The notes under the pieces: generated by a model | Databases searched by the model: none | Told to the model about the DNA's origin: nothing | The model's input: the letters and a program-made list of their open reading frames with translations, nothing else | Program-made: the position numbers and the translations under genes | NCBI GenBank assembly: GCA_965113315.1 | Contig: OZ220369.1 | DNA length: 64,000 nucleotides | Strand: one strand, 5' to 3' | Source of the DNA: Podarcis vaucheri | Taxonomy: Eukaryota | Shown here: in pieces, positions 10,338 through 22,031 of the stretch | How the letters are laid out: each line of letters begins with the position of its first letter | How positions within the stretch are numbered: the stretch's first letter is position 1

Positions 10338-11554
10338 GCCCTGTTGAACATCCTTCTGCGTAAACACGCACAGGATTGTGCTGGAAGTAAAATTCTGTAT
10401 ATAGGGAAAGCCAACACTGTGCTCTTGTTTTGGACCACAATTCCCATCATCCTTGACCATTGGCCATGCTTTCTGGGGCTGATGGGAGCTGGAGTCCAAG
10501 AGCATCTGCAAGCCACTGTGGTTGGCTACCCCTGCTAAATCTGTTTGGGAGATGCAATCACCCAGCTCTCAAAATAAGGGTCCACTTAAAGTAAGGTGGT
10601 TCAATGCACGGCCCTTTTGTGCCCCCTACCCAAGCCCTCACACTGCCTTCCCAAAGCTGAGTAAGTGAGGTGCTGGGCTTTGGAAAGGAGGTGTGAGGGC
10701 TCTGACAGGGTCCTAGAGTCCTCCATGCTCCTTCCCAAAGCTTAGTTAGTGCTTTCCCAGCTTTGGGAAGGAGGTAGGAGAGCTTTAGGACCCTGGGATG
10801 TGTGTGTCAAATTTTGGCCTCACTCCCCCACCCCCGCCCTGCAGGACAAGCCCTGCAGGTTCAAAGTACTCTTGTGGCTCACTTGGTAAGGAAAGTTGGG
10901 CTGCCCTGTGGTAAAGGATTCCTGATACACTCACTGGCTCAAAGGAGAACAGATTCAGTTTCTACACAATTTTGCATTACAGTATGTCCTTTTAATGGAA
11001 TGGGGCATTGATCAGGCAGGAGAGATGCCTTGTTGCACGATGGATAAAATACTCTTTAATTAAACAGGGCACATTAAAAAACGTGTGGCAAATTTACGGC
11101 AAGCTGTTTTAGTCATTTTTATTTCATTAATACTTCACAGTACTTATGGGTTATGGCTGAATTGGCTTTATAACTAATTAAACCTATTAAGTGTCTCATC
11201 CTTGCGAACCAGAATTGAACCTGTCCTTGGGGGTGGGGCGGGGCGGGGTGCCGAATGGGTTACTAAATCTTCCTTGGGACTGAACTGGAAGTGACAGAGG
11301 CAAAGCTAAATCGAAAACAGAACAGAACCAAATATTTCAGAGGATGTTTATTCCTGCTTCTAAGAGTGCAGCCACATTAGCATATGCATGTTAATAATGC
11401 CAGTTGGAATGAACATTCTGGGAATACAAAACAAAGCGCGATGACAGACAGGCATCTCTCACGAAAGCAACCTGACACAACGAAGGAAGACGTAACAAAG
11501 GGGTGGAAGGAAGGGGAAACAGCAGCAAGCCCCCTCCCCATTTGCCCCATCTAC

Positions 11555-11719
11555 CTGGGCAGGTGGCGGTATTATTGCATATCCGGGTCTCCCGCAACAA
11601 CCCGCTACATAGTGTCCCGTAAGGCGATGAGACGCAGGAGCGAGTCCGCACCTGGGTGCCTTGGCCGCAGGTCAGTGAACAGACGCTCCACTGGGACCAC
11701 TCCTCTGCTGCAGGGTCTC
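11555..11719 (-). CDS. ADGRB2: ADGRB2 exon encoding thrombospondin type-1 repeat 1
   Basis: [54 protein letters not shown] has the WxxWxxCSxTCG and RxRxC motifs. 165 nt, acceptor ctttcccacag|, donor CCAG|gtagat, phase 1-1. Confidence 0.96.
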
Positions 11720-12956
11720 CTGTGGGAAAGAGGGAAACACGCACACAAGCATACAGACACAGAGAAAAACTGGTTCAGCCACCTCCAGAACAGACGGAAG
11801 ACCTGAAAGTAGCTCTGGTGCTGTGCCCACGCACCTAGGGCTGGACAAATCAGGCTATTTCTGGTGGGCATAACTTCTGCTGGTGTTTGAGCATCATTCC
11901 ATTCTGTTCTCTTTCCACATTAATCTGTGTATGTGTGTGCATGTTTTTTTTAAGAGCATCAAACATTTTGTGCAAATGTGTGTTCAAAATACTTATAAAA
12001 TGTATTTTCTCTCAAGATGTCCATTCCCATTCTCTGTCAGACCTCTGGGGTGTGCACTGACCACAAGATGTGGTTCAGAGACCAAATCAGTGCCTGATTT
12101 AGAGTAATAGAATCAGAGAACTGTCTAGCTGCAAGGAACCCACAGGGTCATCTAGTCCAACTAGTTGCCCTTGCAGGAATGACAGCTAAAGAATCCCTGG
12201 TGCATCTAGGCCAGTATTGATTGATAGCAATAGCTCTCTAGGTTTCAGAGGGTCTCTTCTTGCCCTACCCAGAGGTACCGGGGATTGATCCTATGAGCTT
12301 TGGTATGCAGGGCAGATGCTCTACCGCTCAGCTATGGCCAAGCAGCCATGTATGTGTAAGGTTCAGAGCTGAAGTAGTGCACAGAGCAGCAAGCAAGCAA
12401 GCACAGTGTTTGGAGGAGGCTGCCACAGGCAAAATGTCTATCCTAACTGAAACAGCCAACTCAGAAGAGAGAAAACTAGCAAAGCACATAGAACAGACAA
12501 GATCAACATCCCTCCCGCAAAGCACTCTGGCCGGAGGGCCTTGGCAAATCCTTTTTGTGTGTGGATGGACTTGTTTTTAAAAATTGCTATATTTGTATTG
12601 CATTGCACTTTGTATTTATTGTTGCTGTTAAATCACTCAAGATTTATTTTTGTGGGGAAACAATGCACAGAGTGACTAACAGACAAAGATAGAATCCCTT
12701 CTGATTAGAAGTAAGATGTGTCAGTCACAAAAACGCACAAACAATCTGCCTCACCCTCTCCCCACCCTGGCAATTTCCATATATTGTATGGGAAAATTGG
12801 GGAGAAACATTGCAATTTTTGCAGATCACGTTATCCGCAGTTCTGTTTGGTACCAAATTTTCTAATTGCTCACAAAGCTTTGCGGGGCCCCAGTTTTGGT
12901 TCAGAGGGATTTGAAGGGAGCTCAGCCTTGGATAACTCCAAAATAAGCCCAATTTC

Positions 12957-13700
12957 ACATAATCCTAGAATTGTAGAGTTGGAAGGGGCCTCTAGGGTCA
13001 TCTGGTCCAACCCCCTGCAATGCAGAAATTGCAAGTAAAGAATCCCTGGCACATGGCCATCCAACCTCTGCATAAAAACCTCCAAGAAGGAGACTCCACC
13101 AACTTCTAAGGGAGTCCATTCCACTTTTGAACAGCTCTTATCAGCAAGAAGCTCTTCCTCATTTTAGTCCTATCTTGTAATCTGAATCTATTGGTCTGGA
13201 TCCTCCCCTCTGGAGCAACAGAAAACAAGCTTGCGCCATCTTCCACATGGCAACCCATCAGATATTTGAAGGTCACTATCATATCACTTCTCAGTCTTCT
13301 TTTCTCTTGAATAAACAGATCCAGCTCCCTCAGCTGTTCCTCATGCTGCTTTGTTTCCAGAATATTCATCATCTGGGTTGCCCTCCCCTGCACACATTCC
13401 AGCTTGTCAATATTCTTCTTAAATTGTGGTGTCCAGCACTGGACACAGAACTCCAGGTGTGGTCTGACCAAGGATGAGGAAGGTACTATCAGTGCTTTTT
13501 TTCTGGGGGGGGGATGCATATCCCTAAACATTTTGTGAATCCTTGCACTTTTGTCGATTTACTGTATTTATTTTTCCCAATTTTAACTATAAAACAGTGA
13601 TTTTCTTGAGTCAAAATGAGAGTACCCCTAAACATTTTTTTAGACAAAAAGCACTGGGTACTATTACTTGCCTTGGTCTGGACACCATACTTCTGGTTCA
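12957..13700 (-). mobile_element. CR1 LINE 3' fragment, interrupted by a hAT MITE
   Basis: ORF LVRPHLEFCVQCWTPQFKKNIDKLECVQGRATQM...LRELDLF...EKRRLRSDMI..FKYL is the CR1 ORF2 C-terminus. CR1 3' tail (cccttccaactctacaattcta). Confidence 0.9.
13490..13656. mobile_element. hAT-type MITE nested in CR1
   Basis: TIRs CAGTGCTTTTT / AAAAAGCACTG. Perfect 8-bp TSD GGTACTAT at 13482-13489 and 13657-13664. Confidence 0.85.
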
Positions 13701-13800
13701 GGATTCATAAAAATCCAGTGCTCTTCCCTACAAAGTACACTTTTAAAACTGAGAATTGCATGAAAAAAGCTGGGACTAGGGATTGCAGTCAACTAACCTT

Positions 13801-14146
13801 TAAAGGGACCCCTGACCATTAGGTCCAGTCGTGACCGACTCTGGGGTTGCGGCGCTCATTTCGCTTTATTGGCCGAGGGAGCCGGCGTACAGCTTCCGGG
13901 TCATGTGGCCAGCATGACTAAGCCACTTCTGGCAAACCAGAGCAACGCATGGAAACACTGTTTACCTTCCCGCAGGAGCGGTACCTATTTATCTACTTGC
14001 ACTTTGACGTGCTTTCGAACTGCTAGGTTGGCAGGAGCAGGGACCGAGCAACGGGAGCTCACCCCATCGCGGGGATTCAAACCACAAACCTTCTGATCGG
14101 GAAGTCCTAGGCTCTGTGGTTTAACCCACAGTGCCACCCGCGTCCC
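13801..14146 (-). mobile_element. Sauria SINE, near full length
   Basis: Reverse complement of the 25874-26227 copy. tRNA-like head gggacgcgggtggcactgtgggttaaacc. Confidence 0.9.
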
Positions 14147-14634
14147 TCTTATTAAGTTAGGTTTCATTTATTTTAGTGGGTCTACTCTGATTAAAAGTCA
14201 GTTGACTACAAACCTTAGCTCCAATATGCATGTTAGTTTAAAAGGTATGGATTTGTTTCTGAATCTGCAAAGATCAAATTCCTCACTCATCTCTAACCTG
14301 CAATCTGCTGGGGGTGGGAGGCAGCTGGAATAGTTAGACATTTAGCTGTTTCCCACAGTGTATCAAACATCAAACAATAACCTGAATTGAGACAGAACCG
14401 ACTAATCACCACTGATAGAACTTCCTTACCCTATGAATCACCTCAAATGCTCATATTTGCTTTACAAATTAAACATAATGAGGTGGTAGAATTCTGGGCT
14501 GCATCATTTCAGGTCTGACATCAGGGTGTGGGTGGATTTTGATGTTCCACAGACAAAAAGCTCCTTGCTGCAGGGAGAAAACTTGCACACTAGGGAGAGG
14601 TTGCATCCAGAACCCATCTCCTTCATCTGTTTAT

Positions 14635-15272
14635 TTTTGCATGTCACCCCAATCTTCAAGTAGTGCAAGATTTCAGGGGTCCCAGGAGCTTGCCCAGGGT
14701 TCAAGTTTCATTTTGGAAATGAGGCACTGTGGAGACTGTGGTGTCTTTGTGGTTAATTTACACATATATACAATCTGAGCCTATGATGGAGGGGTTCACA
14801 ACATCCACACTCAAAAAGTTTCCTCTCTCAAAGCCACAGCCTTGGCTTCCCGCAGAATTCAGCCATGGCACTCCCTCTCCCTCTCCCCCCCCCTCTGCAT
14901 TTCTAGCCTGTAACTATTTGCACCTGGGTCACATAACACACACACTTTCAACTCTAAACTCTGGCTTTTGTCCATTTCACTACCAGCCCTCTCTCCTTTG
15001 CTTTCTTAATGGCCCATCTTGTTTCCTTTGTTCTCTTTATGGCCCATCAATTAATCGTCATCATCACACACACTCCGGTGATCACCTGAACACAGGAAAC
15101 TAAGTTAATTTAGCTAACTAAAAAGCTAAGTTAATTAGCTTTTAACACATGCTGGGTCCAGGGGTTAGCTTAGGTGTTTGGCACCCAGTTTAATACCCCA
15201 AGCCTTGATTAAATTCTAACACTTACTGGATCCAGGAATTTAGAGGGGTCTGGCACCTTTGAACTCATGACA
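14635..15272 (-). mobile_element. Probable solo LTR, same family as 3957-4438
   Basis: Reverse-complement similarity to 4280-4438 (ggagactgtggtgtcttt, ctgagcctatgatggaggg). Confidence 0.5.
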
Positions 15273-15858
15273 ATATACAAAAAAAGTTTCTTTTTCCATG
15301 GGAGAGGGAGCATACAGAGATATAAGCAAGGGGTACTACAATCAAGAATTCTACCACTTTGTTCTGCAGAAATCAGCCATCAAGTGAGTAATTGAGTAAG
15401 AAATGACTATGGGAACTGTATAACTTAGAGAGGAATTAAGGCAGTGTAGTTCAGGGTGTCCAAGAGGTGCTTGTGCCCAACCCCATCAGCTTAGAACCCA
15501 CCCAAAGCCTCTCAACACAGGATTTCAAGAAATTAACCAATAGCTTCTCTAACAAATACCTTTTATCTGTGGCACAAGAATATTTCTACCATCTTGCAGC
15601 TGTGTAAGTTCCAGAGAGATGACCACACATCCATTCACTAATCCAACCACAGACATTATTTTTCCATTGGGGTCCCTTCCAACTCTACAATTTGATGATT
15701 CCGTGTTGAGATTCCTGCATTGCAGGGGGTTGGACTAGATGACCCTGGGGGTCCCTCTCAATTCTACAGTTATTTGATTCTATTATATATACGACACACC
15801 ATATATATTTTTCACCCTTTAGAGCTTTGGGTAACCCTCTCATGTAGGAAAAGTAGGT

Positions 15859-15885
15859 TTCAGCACTGTTCTTTTGGACAGCTCC
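15859..15885 (+). promoter_or_regulatory. Candidate non-canonical (expanded-spacer) RE1/REST site
   Basis: TTCAGCACT-N8-GGACAGCTCC. Confidence 0.45.
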
Positions 15886-18800
15886 CTGGATGGGTGGCAA
15901 GGACATCCTAATACCTGACAGCTAAGATGAGTCTTCGTTCCCCACTGGAGCTGCTACTGAATTTTCACAGGAACATAAGAATTTCCCTTCATAGAATCAT
16001 AGAGATGGAAGGAACCCCAAGGGTCATCTAGCTCATTCCCCTGCAATGCTGGAATCGCAGCTAAATAATCCAACAGATGGCCATCCAACCTTGCAAGACC
16101 ACTGGTTCACCTAGGCTGCAGCTCTCCAGGGTTTCAGCCAGGAGAACATTCCCAGTCTTACTGGGAGATGCCAGGAATTGAACCTAGACCTTCTGCATGC
16201 CAAGCAGAAGCTCCATATACCACTGAGCTGCATCCCTTTCTTTCCCTTTTGTTTCACCAAAAAAATTCAGAGTAATTCTGGAGGCATTGCCTTCAGTGAA
16301 AACATCTAAAGAATGGTGAGAAAAGCCTCTTCATCACTACATCACCATCAAGGAAGAAACAAACGAACGTTAAGGACCTCTAATGAAATTTCAGTGAAGG
16401 ATTCTGCACATTCCTAAGCTACCACCTGTGTCCTCCTAAAATTAAAAGCATTCTAAAGTTTCCAAAGCCCAAAGTTTCTGTAAGGCCAAAGAGAGATTTC
16501 TCTGTGGGCTTTTTCACCCTGGCCTAAAAACTGATGTTTCTGTTGTTGAACTCTTGCAAACCTTTTCTGTACATTTTTTTTGTGGGCATTGGTGCATCTG
16601 AAAAACAGATGGCATGACTGGCCCTCTGCCCTTGAGGGCTCCCCACTTTTTCAGTCGTGCGGATGCCCTTCAAAAAGCCATAGTTGGCCTGTGGAGAAAA
16701 TATGTGGACCCGTCATTTGCTGAAATATGAGGCAGTCCACTCCTTCATGAACCCCAGTCAAGGCTGGTGGCTGAGGCACAGACCTGGTTCAACCAGCCTG
16801 CCTCTCTTTCCTTCTGCCCTGAGCAGGCAAGGCATTGACATTTACAACAATCTGGCTCTTTATTAGACTTGATGATCTATCTGAAGTTATTGGACGGGCT
16901 TGCCGTAGAGGACATCCATTTAAATTATGGAGGAACAGATGGAGGAGGAAGGAGGGAGGTGGGCTACATTTTTCCAAAGAGCAAGAGAGAGAAAGAAAGA
17001 GAACGCAAATATTAGCCGAAAGGGGCGTCCATGTGAGAAGTCATTCCTGCAGAACACTGACCTTCAAGTATGAGGGTAAAATGGATATTATTGTGTGTGA
17101 GAGGGGGGTGGATGCCTTCTGTTACCAGAATGCCTGGAGTAGACAAAATAAGACTCTGCTAGGAAATAAGAGGCCCAAGCCACAGTTGGTGAAATCTAGT
17201 GTATTTCCAAGGACATCAGGAGATGTCAGCCTGGGGAGTATGGTTGCTATCACCACGCTGTGTTTCTCTTGATTTAGGGCCTTCTTTGCAAGCCAGGAAC
17301 CAATAGTTTCAGCAGGATATTTCAGAATGACTGGTATTTTTTTATTTTATTTTTAAAAAGCATGTAGCTAGTCCGTAATTCAACCCTTCATCAGCCCATG
17401 AACACAACTGGATTTTTATAATAATTTTTGTAATAACAAAAAAGATTTCTTTGGCTATGTTTGAAACAAGAGGAAGAACTAACAAGTAGGAGGTCCTCTG
17501 CGCAGAGAAGCTGGAGGAATGCTACTGGGTGACAGAGAAGGTGAAACTGCTCGACACCTATTATCCTCTGTTTTCACCCAAAAGTGAAGCAGGGCTTAAC
17601 CTGGGAATAACAGAATAAATGATGCAAAGAAGGGAGCTGCAGCCCAAGACAGGAAAAGTGGTGGAAAGGGAATGCCTAGCTACTTTAAATGAATTCAGAT
17701 CTCCAGGGTCTGATGAGCTGCACCCTGACTCCATTCATGACTAAGGGGACAGTGAGTGGGGAGGCTCAGAAGCTTCACAGGCTCCAGAGTGAGACCTCAT
17801 GGGTGTCATGTAAGCTACAGGCACCACATTGGTGACCCATTCAGTAGCCATTGCACCAAACAAGCTTATTTATCAAGGTCAACAGACTTGCCACTATCTA
17901 TATTTGCACAACTGGCTCAGCAGATCCCTCTAAATTCTCCAGGATTGTAGCTCCAATTGTCTTCGCAGGCAGTGCACACAATGGCCCAGAGACTATAAAT
18001 CAAAGGCAAGGAGAAAGGGAGAGGAGAGGGGAAGTGAATGGCGTTCACATTACCCAGACGAATTTGCTAAATAAATACGCAGGAGCTAAACAATTAATAC
18101 ATTTGTTTTCTTTATGGGTCTCCAAGGAAGGTGCTAAGAGAACGCATAAATGGAGCAAATTAAACTCAGTTGCACCAGGGAGGGTGGTGGTGGTGGAAAT
18201 AGGAAGAAGGGATAAGCGCACATCATCTCAATTCGCTGTCACCATGAAAATGATGGGGCTCGGGGGATTGGTGGGGATTGAAGATGAGATGCAGGTTTTT
18301 CAGTCATTGGAGGCTGCATCTTAATTAAAATGCATGTGACTATTGGAGCTGGAGGAGAAGCTGGTGATGAATAGCTGGTCCCAGCTTAGACGAGCTACCA
18401 GTTGTAACATCTGGCAGGCATCTTCACCCCAAAATTGGTTGCCTTTGAGCAATGCAAGGCTGTTGTGAGTATTGTAAGACAATAATAATGCTGTACTGGC
18501 AAAAGCACAGGCCAGCCTTTGCCAACCTGGTGCCTTCTAGACATTCAGGACCGCAACTGCCCAGCCCCAGAAAACACAGACTGCGTCTGAAGACCAACAA
18601 TGCTCTTGTGCTTGGATCCTGTTTGCCGGTCTCCCTTTGGGGGATCTGGCTGGCCACTCTGAGAACAGGATGCTGCAACAGATGTATCCAGAAGGACTCT
18701 CCTTATGTTCCTATACCATCCTTCATCTAAAATTATTTCAGGATGCTTTGCAAACTGGGAGGGAGAAGATTTGCTGAAATGTTTCATGGTGGGACATTCC

Positions 18801-19828
18801 ATGGCAGCGAGCAGCTGTGGTCTCTTATTTCCATCAACCCAACTTATTTTGAATATATACTACACAGTATATATTTAAGTATTCTTGCCACCATCTCTTA
18901 TTGGCAGTGGAGCGTTATCCATGGGGGCCAGCCTAAAGCTACCATTTCCCCTGTCAAAACAGAGCACCCAACTCCAACAATTAAGGCATTATCACTATGG
19001 AGCATCACTTTAGGGGCATTCTGGTGTGAGGTGGAGCAGGAAGAATGATGGCATCTCTCCACTCAGAAATGAGAGCAGGGATTATATGCTTTAAAATCGG
19101 GGTCCCTCATGTGGGCACCACAGTGCCTTCAGGCATGACCCCCTGGGGGCCCACCAAGGCCACCTGCCACTGAGATATTTATTTTGGCTTTTTGAAGAGA
19201 TTTTTTTTTTTTTAGGGTAGAGTTCCACTTATTTGTCTGCTTGTTTTTTGTTTTTGTTTTTGCCTGTTGCGGTGTATTTGTGTGTAAGCATTAGTAGTTT
19301 CCCATTGTGAAATGGTATATTGGGGGGCCCCTTGGCAGTATTTTATGATTTTCAAATGTGTCCCCAGGACCCAAAAGATGAGGGTCCCTGCTTTCAAAAG
19401 AGTTTTTAAAAAAGAAACAAAAGTGAATCAGAGTCAAAGATATTGAACTGAATGACAGAAAGGCCAGACTTTCTGTTCATCCCTAGCAGGGAGGCACCTC
19501 CAATGAGCAACATCTCAGTCAAAAGCCCTCAGAAATTAGGATATTTCTGCTAAAATGCAGAAGCTGTCTTAAAAAGTTGGTGTCTCCTTAAAATTAGCGA
19601 CGATTTCAGAAGTCTAATTAATCAATATTCAAAATCAGTGATGTTGCAAAACTGCTTGAGAAACTAACTATGCTTGTGATGCTAATGTTGTAATTTGCAA
19701 TTCACAACATGGAGGTGTCTGAAAGCTCTTGAGGTCTCAGCATCAGCTGAGGGTTTATGGGCTCCAGTTCCCACTGGGCCCAACCACTTTGGCCAATGGA
19801 TAGGGTTGATTGGACCTGTACTAGAACA

Positions 19829-20317
19829 GCATTGCTTTGAAGCAATAATTCTTCAACATCAACTTCGTTGGACTGGTTATGTTGTGCAGACGTCTGATAA
19901 TTGTCTTCCAAAGCAACTACTCTATTCCGAACTTAAAAATGGAAAGCGTAATGCTGGTGGTCAACAAAAGAGGGTTAAAGACTCTCTCAAGGCAAACCTT
20001 AAGAAAAATGTAGTATAAACACAGACAACTGGGAAACACTGGCCTGCGAGTGCTCCAATTGGAGAACAGCCTTTACAAAAGGTGTCATGGGCTTTGAAGA
20101 CACTCAAACTCAGGATGTAAGGGAGAAAGGTGCTAAGAGGAAGGCACCCTTGGCAAACCCTCACCATGATCAGCTCCCACCTGGAAACCTATGTCCCCAT
20201 TGTGGAAGGACGTGTGGATCCAGAATTGGCCTCCACAGTCACTTATGGACCCACTGTTAAAACTGTGTTTATGGAAGACAATCTTACTTGGCTACGAGTG
20301 ATCGCCAAAGAAAGAAG
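19829..20317 (+). mobile_element. RTE-clade LINE, 5'-truncated 3' end
   Basis: EAIILQHQLRWTGYVV...LPKQLLYSELKNGKRNAGGQQKRVKDSLKANLK is an RTE ORF C-terminus. (AAG)n-like tail. TSD ACTAGAACA at 19820-19828 and 20318-20326. Confidence 0.85.
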
Positions 20318-21224
20318 ACTAGAACAACATCTGGAGGGCCACAAATTCCCCATCCCTAAGCTAGTTTAGTTGAAAACATAAAAGGCCTTTGCAAAAGCTA
20401 TAGGCTGGTCAGGTGGGGGAGCTTCTTAATTCTTGGTCAGTGATTGTACATCTCTCCCTCAAGGCTCTGGAGGGTCTTACTTCAAAATCCTCTTATGGTG
20501 ACTTTGTTGAGCTCTGTCTGGCCATTAGCACCTGAGACTTGGACGAGGAGCACTGATTATATTGGAAGAGGAAACTTCAATGCAAAATAGCACAACTAGC
20601 ACCAAAATTTAATTTCGGAAATCAGAGCAAGTTGGTGGGGTAATAAGATTCCAAATGTCCCCTAGAGAAGCTGATCCAATTCCAAGTTAGACTGAGGGGA
20701 GTTCACACATTAAAATCCTTTCCTTTTAAATTTTTCATGCTGCTCATTCTGATGAAGAGCCTTAACAATTTGCTTCAAATTTCAGTTTAGGAGAATTCTG
20801 GTGAAAATTGAGAGAATATGTGGAACCTCCCCAATGCCCCCTTACCTCTCAGCCACCTCCCATCCTCAGAAACACTGCAAGTCTCATCAAAAGTATGCTG
20901 TATTCCCTCAAAATTCCTGGTACGTTTCACCTCAGGAGGACGCCCCAAATGTCATTCAAAATGTGTTTGAGGTGAAAAGCTGATAGCAAAACTACCATTG
21001 AGTCCTGGTTTGAGACTGTGCTAATAGACTAAGTTGTGGTGTGGTTATGCTGACCACAACAACTTCTTCAGTTTGCAAATATGCCCACGGACCCAATCAC
21101 ACCCCCTGGCACGTACTGAGGAGAAGACTAAAGACTGAACCTGGCTGCAAGGAAGGATTCCCTGAGAATGCCCTGATGAATTTTCTCATTTCCCCATGCT
21201 TTACCTGTCAAGGTCATTCATTAC

Positions 21225-21308
21225 CTGTTTGTGCCATGTACACCCCTGGTTCATCTGCTGACCGCGGCCACTGTGTCTTCACCTTCTGATCTGCTTCCAC
21301 CCCATCAC
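21225..21308 (-). CDS. ADGRB2: ADGRB2 84-nt linker exon, (G)[27 protein letters not shown](G)
   Basis: Not in the ORF track; read manually. Acceptor ccctctttcag|GT, donor ACAG|gtaatg, phase 1-1. The peptide matches recalled BAI2 [21 protein letters not shown]. Confidence 0.95.
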
Positions 21309-21789
21309 CTGAAAGAGGGAGGAAACCATGAAAGAGCTATCAGAGTTGGTGAGTGGAGAAAGTGGGGAGGATGTATCTGCATGCTCTGAAGGGTTCTCTG
21401 TACTCTGCAAAATACCATCATCATCATCACGTGCTATCAATGTGCACAATATTTTACCAAGTAAAAGACAAGCTCCTGCCTCAAGGAGTTGCAATCCATT
21501 TGAACCTGGAAGGGCCACTGAAAAGATGGAAGGGTCAGTAAAACTGGGGAAGCAAATGGGTGGTCTTCAACCAAGTTTAACTCAGAGTAGAGTAGACCCA
21601 CTGAAATCAATAAATGTAGCTCAGTCAGGCCCATACATTCCAATACTTTGGGTAAAACTTAGTTGAATACCACCCATTTGCTTCAGTTACATCTGGTTAG
21701 TTTCCCCATAGGGTGAGGCTGACGAACTGAGCCAAAGGCATTGTGGGAAAGGTGGGCTTTAAGAAGGTAGTGAGAGGAACTTCTAGGTA

Positions 21790-22031
21790 CAGTGGTATCT
21801 CTGGTTAAGTACTTAATTCATTCTGGAGGTCCGTTCTTAACCTGAAACTGTTCTTAACCTGAAGCACCACTTTAGCTAATGGAGCCTCCTGCTGCCGCCA
21901 CGCTGCTGGAGCACGATTTCTGTTCTCATCCTGAAGCAAAGTCCTTAACCTGAGGTACTATTTCTGGGTTAGCAGAGTCTGTAACCTGAAGCGTATGTAA
22001 CCTGAAGTGTATGTAACCCGAGGTACCACTG
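21790..22031 (-). mobile_element. Tc1/mariner (Tigger/pogo-like) MITE, inverted relative to the other three copies
   Basis: TIR CAGTGGTA..., TA target duplication, same internal sequence as the 35259, 39956 and 57963 copies. Confidence 0.85.
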
